Positions 55,626 to 64,000 of a DNA stretch of 64,000 nt are shown piece after piece; the stretch's first letter is position 1; every line of letters begins with the position of its first letter. Location: the NCBI RefSeq assembly GCF_009914755.1, contig NC_060941.1, one strand, 5' to 3'. The stretch comes from the human T2T-CHM13v2.0 reference genome, Homo sapiens. The notes under the pieces were generated by a model that was not told where the DNA came from, made no database searches, and was given only the letters and a program-made list of their open reading frames with translations. The translations under genes and the position numbers were made by a program.

Positions 55626-55826
55626 GCATAGCTCTCAAACTGGAGGGCGCCTCAGAATCACTTGACGGGCTTGCGAGAATGTGGACTGCTGGGCCCCACC
55701 TTCATGGTTTTAGTGCAGGAAAAACCGAATAGGCTGGGTGGGACGGAGAATCTGCATTTTCTCAAGTTCCCAGATGAGGCTGAAGCTGCTGGTCCGGGCA
55801 CCACCCTTAGAAAACCTCCAGTGTAG
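55626..55826. mobile_element. MER5A-like DNA transposon inside the CpG island
   Basis: CTCAAACT..TCAGAATCACTTG..GCTGGGCCCCACC..GAGAATCTGCATTTTCTCAAGTTCCCAGATGA..GCTGCTGGTCCGGG.ACCAC. Confidence 0.75.
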
Positions 55827-56049
55827 AGTGCGGAAATGGGGTCCACATCTGGCTTGGGACGCCCAAACATCGATTATGTGCGACCAGAGGATGAGCAGAT
55901 AGGGAGATGAGACACTGAGAGCTGGGAGAGAGGGGGCCCCCGGCCGCCGGCTGAAGGAGGACGGCGCAGGTGGCGGTCCGGGTACTACATCTCCCAGCGA
56001 GCCCCGCGCGGCTCGCGCTCGCCCCCTGGCGGCGATGGCTGGAGGCGCC

Positions 56050-56138
56050 GGCGGAGCGCGGGTCCCTCTCCTGAGCATCAGTGAGCGCCCGGAGCCGTGG
56101 CCGCTGGGGGCTGCGGCGGCGCTGAGCCAGCGGGGCCG
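56050..56138 (+). other. SPECC1: Probable non-coding first exon (SPECC1); 5' end approximate
   Basis: Consensus 5' splice site GTGAGT at 56139-56144 inside the CpG island, just downstream of the ZNF143 motif and Inr. No ATG between 56050 and 56138. Confidence 0.65.
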
Positions 56139-57439
56139 GTGAGTACTAGCCGCGCCGCCAGCCCGCCCGCCGGCCGGCTCTTTGCGCCTCAGCCGCGTGG
56201 TCTGAAGGGATGGGCGGGCGAGCGCGGGGGTCCGGCAGTCCGTCGTGGGGGCACGGGACTGCCTTTCTGGGAAGGCGTGCTGCGTCTTCGCCGCGGGGGC
56301 CCCGGTCCCCTCGTCGCGTGTCCTGTCCCCAGCCCAGGAGGGACGTCCTGGCCTGTCCTGCCCGGCCCGGAGCGGTGGGACCGGTGCCGCAGGTGGCAGC
56401 GGCAGGTGGCCGCCTCCTCCCCTCCGGGCCCGAGGGTTGTCGCAGGGACCCGGGACTGAGAGCCAGGTGGCTCCCGACAGCTGCGGCCCTGGAGGCGACC
56501 CCAGCCCTCGCCGCAGTGGGACAGGTGCGCGGGCACGCCCGGCCCCGGCTCCTGGGTCTCGGGAGCCTCCCGCACCCTCCCTGTTGTGCCTTGGGGGTGC
56601 TGCGTGGTGCAGAGGACCGAGAAGCCCTTCGCCCTCGGCGTCCGCCGCGCTCCCGCCCCTTCCTGGCCGGGGTGACAGGGGAAGGGCTAGGGCTGCGCAT
56701 CCCGGGTCAGCTGGGGCGCCGCGGCGCAGTGCACCTGGAAGGCCCGGGGGCAGCGCGCGGTGCCCGTGGGTTTCCCGGTGGTGCGGACCTGCGGGCGTGC
56801 GGAAGTAACGACCTCCTTCCCCAGTGCCCATGCAAGGAAATTAGTGTTATGTGCTTGCTTTTTTTTTTTTTTTTTCCTAAGGAAGTTTGACTCTGAATAT
56901 CTTATTTTGCTGGAGCTCCATTTGCCAGCACGTAAGTTTATGTAATAAGCGGCATACAGTTCGGAAAAAAATTTTCCTGTGAAAGTGCTCTTCCTTGCCC
57001 TCTGCAGGAAGAATTACGCCGAGCTGGTTGGCAGGCTTATCCACCAGCAACTGTAGGAGCTGCAGGCAGCAGATAAAGTGTTTTTTGAGTAAGGGCACAA
57101 GTCAGCCCTTCAGGACAATTTTTGTTTTTGGAAGATTCTGTTATCCAGTTCCAAACACCGTGTTATTTCAGTGTTGAAGATGGGGGAGGAGGGAGGAGCA
57201 CAGGCTTGTCAATCCTAATACCTCAACAGAAATTAGCTTTGCAGGATTAACTCTCCAAGCAAGCGAGTTGAATTTGGTAGCCCAAACTACAGCTGAAGCT
57301 GAGCCTCCATACTAAAGCCTGTCTCAGTTTTAATAGTTTTTCGCTTGATTCGTTTGCCTCTTCCAAGTAGGTGATCTTATTGTCTGTTAAACAACAGATG
57401 TCTCTCATGTTTTTACTTTTTTCCTTGTCTTCCATAGAT

Positions 57440-62510
<5,071 letters not shown>

Positions 62511-62832
62511 TAACCAGGATGATCTCGATCTCCTGACCTCGTGATCCGCCCGCCTCGGCCTCCCAAAGTGCTGGGGTTACAGGCGTGAGCCACCACGCCT
62601 GGCCACGGGTTTCTACTTCTTAAAGTTTAACTTTTGAAATAGGTAAGATAGGCAGGGCGCAGTGGCTCACGTCTGTAATCCCAGCACTTTGGGAGGCCGA
62701 GGCGGATGGATCACGAGGTCAGGAGATTGAGACCATCTGGCTAACATGGTGAAACTCCGCTTCTACTAAAAAAAAAATAAAATAAAAAATTAGCTGGGCG
62801 TGGTGGCGATTGCCTGTAGTCCCAGCTACTCA

Positions 62833-62967
<135 letters not shown>

Positions 62968-63011
62968 TCAGTGTTCAAAACCAGACTGTATTAAAAAGGC
63001 ATAAATGAAAG

Positions 63012-64000
63012 TGAGAGGTGACAGCGTGCTGGCAGTCCTCGCTCGCTCTCGGTGCCTCCTCAGCCTTAGTGCCCACTCTGGCCGCGCTTGAGGAGCCCTT
63101 CAGCCCACCGCTGCACTGTGGGAGCCCCTTTCTGGGCTGGCCAAGGCTGGAGCCAGCTCCCTCAGCTTTGCAGGGAGGTGTGGAGGGAGAGGCGCGGGCG
63201 GGAACCGGGGCTGTACGCGGTGCTTGCGGGCCAGCGTGAGTTCCCGGTGGGCGTGGGCTTGGCGGGCCCCGCACTGGGAGCGGCCGGCCAGCCGGCCCCA
63301 ACGGCCCCAGGCAGTGAGGGGCTTAGCACCTGGGCCAGCAGCTGCTGTGCCCGATTTCTCGCTGGGCCTTAGCTGCCTCCCTGCGGGGCAGCGCTCATGA
63401 CCTGCGGCCCGCCATGCCTGAGCCACCCCCACCTCCTGGGCTCCTGTGCGGCCCGAGCCTCCCTGACAGCACCACCCCCTGCTCCACGGCGCCCAGTCCC
63501 ATCGACCACCAGAGGGCTGAGGAGTGCGGGCGCAGGGCGCGGGACTGGCAGGCAGCTCCACCTGTGGCACTGATGCCGGATCCACTGGGTGAAGCCAGCT
63601 GGGCTCCTGAGTCTGGTGGGGACTTGAGAACCTTTATGTCTAGCTAAGGGATTGTAAATACACCAGTCAGCACCCTGTGTCTAGCTCAGGGATTGTAAAC
63701 GCACCAATCAGCACTCTGTCAAAATGGACCAATCAGCTCTCTGAAAAATGGACCAATCGGTTCTCTGTAAAATGGAGCAGTCGGCTCTCTGTAAAATGGA
63801 CCAATCAGCAGGATATGGGTGTGGCCAGATAAGAGAATAAAAGCAGGCTGCCCGAGCCAAGAGTGGTAACGTGCTGCGGTCGCATTCCGCGCTGCTGAAG
63901 GTTTGTCCTTTTGATGTTTGGAATACGTTCTTATTACTGCTCACTCTTTGGGTCTGCACTGTCTATATGAGCTGCAACACACACCTCGAAGGTCTGCAGC
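63012..64000 (+). mobile_element. LTR12 (HERV9 LTR, LTR12C/D/E-like), runs off the window end
   Basis: Starts TGAGAGGTGACAGCGTGCTGGCAG. Repeated CCAATC units at 63704, 63729, 63753 and 63801, GATAA at 63828, AATAAAA TATA-like at 63836. Confidence 0.93.

Larger units (their letters stand above)
55400..56820 (+). promoter_or_regulatory. SPECC1: CpG-island promoter of a plus-strand gene, probably SPECC1
   Basis: Very high CpG density. ZNF143/THAP11-type ACTACATCTCCCAGC at 55984-55998, Inr-like TCAGT at 56078-56082, strong donor CCG|GTGAGT. The gene name comes from recalled 17p11.2 gene order only. Confidence 0.75.

Noticed and set aside
55710-56890. Long overlapping ORFs on both strands (373, 226, 187, 184 aa)
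   Set aside because: They lie in a very GC-rich CpG island where stop codons are rare. The products are low-complexity Pro/Gly/Arg/Ala with no domain, and one ends in MER5A.
63640-63810. Short regularly spaced repeats (CRISPR-like at a glance)
   Set aside because: These are the tandem CCAAT units of LTR12, with no unique spacers, in eukaryotic DNA.
62975-63959. Cluster of ORFs up to 161 aa
   Set aside because: GC-rich LTR12 U3 sequence.

Overview
Primate, most likely human, Alu-dense genomic DNA. The AKAP10 (D-AKAP2) coding sequence places it at 17p11.2. The minus strand carries coding exons 1-4 of AKAP10 (24300-24387, 15122-15169, 9548-9730, 4721-5278, all GT-AG), and the gene continues off the left edge. 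Its CpG-island promoter lies at about 24.1-25.1 kb. A second CpG island at about 55.4-56.8 kb has a plus-strand non-coding first exon (donor after 56138), probably SPECC1; that name rests on gene order, not on coding sequence. The ~31 kb between the divergent promoters is almost all repeats: Alu, L1, L2, MIR, DNA MITEs, ERV LTRs (LTR10, MER41, MER21, MST/MLT), ERVL remnants and a truncated 5S rRNA pseudogene. An LTR12 starts at 63012. Nearly all listed ORFs are Alu or GC-rich artefacts. I see no new protein-coding system. The best leads are regulatory or RNA-level: (1) exon 4 flanked by inverted Alus with a stop-free circular frame; (2) an ERV-built p53 plus tandem STAT1-GAS module at 33.7-34.3 kb; (3) a strong-Kozak uORF ahead of a weak AKAP10 start; (4) an intronic poly(A) site after exon 4; (5) a CTCF/TATA/CpG-retaining FAM-like element. 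Repeat family calls come from recalled consensus sequences and their boundaries are approximate.
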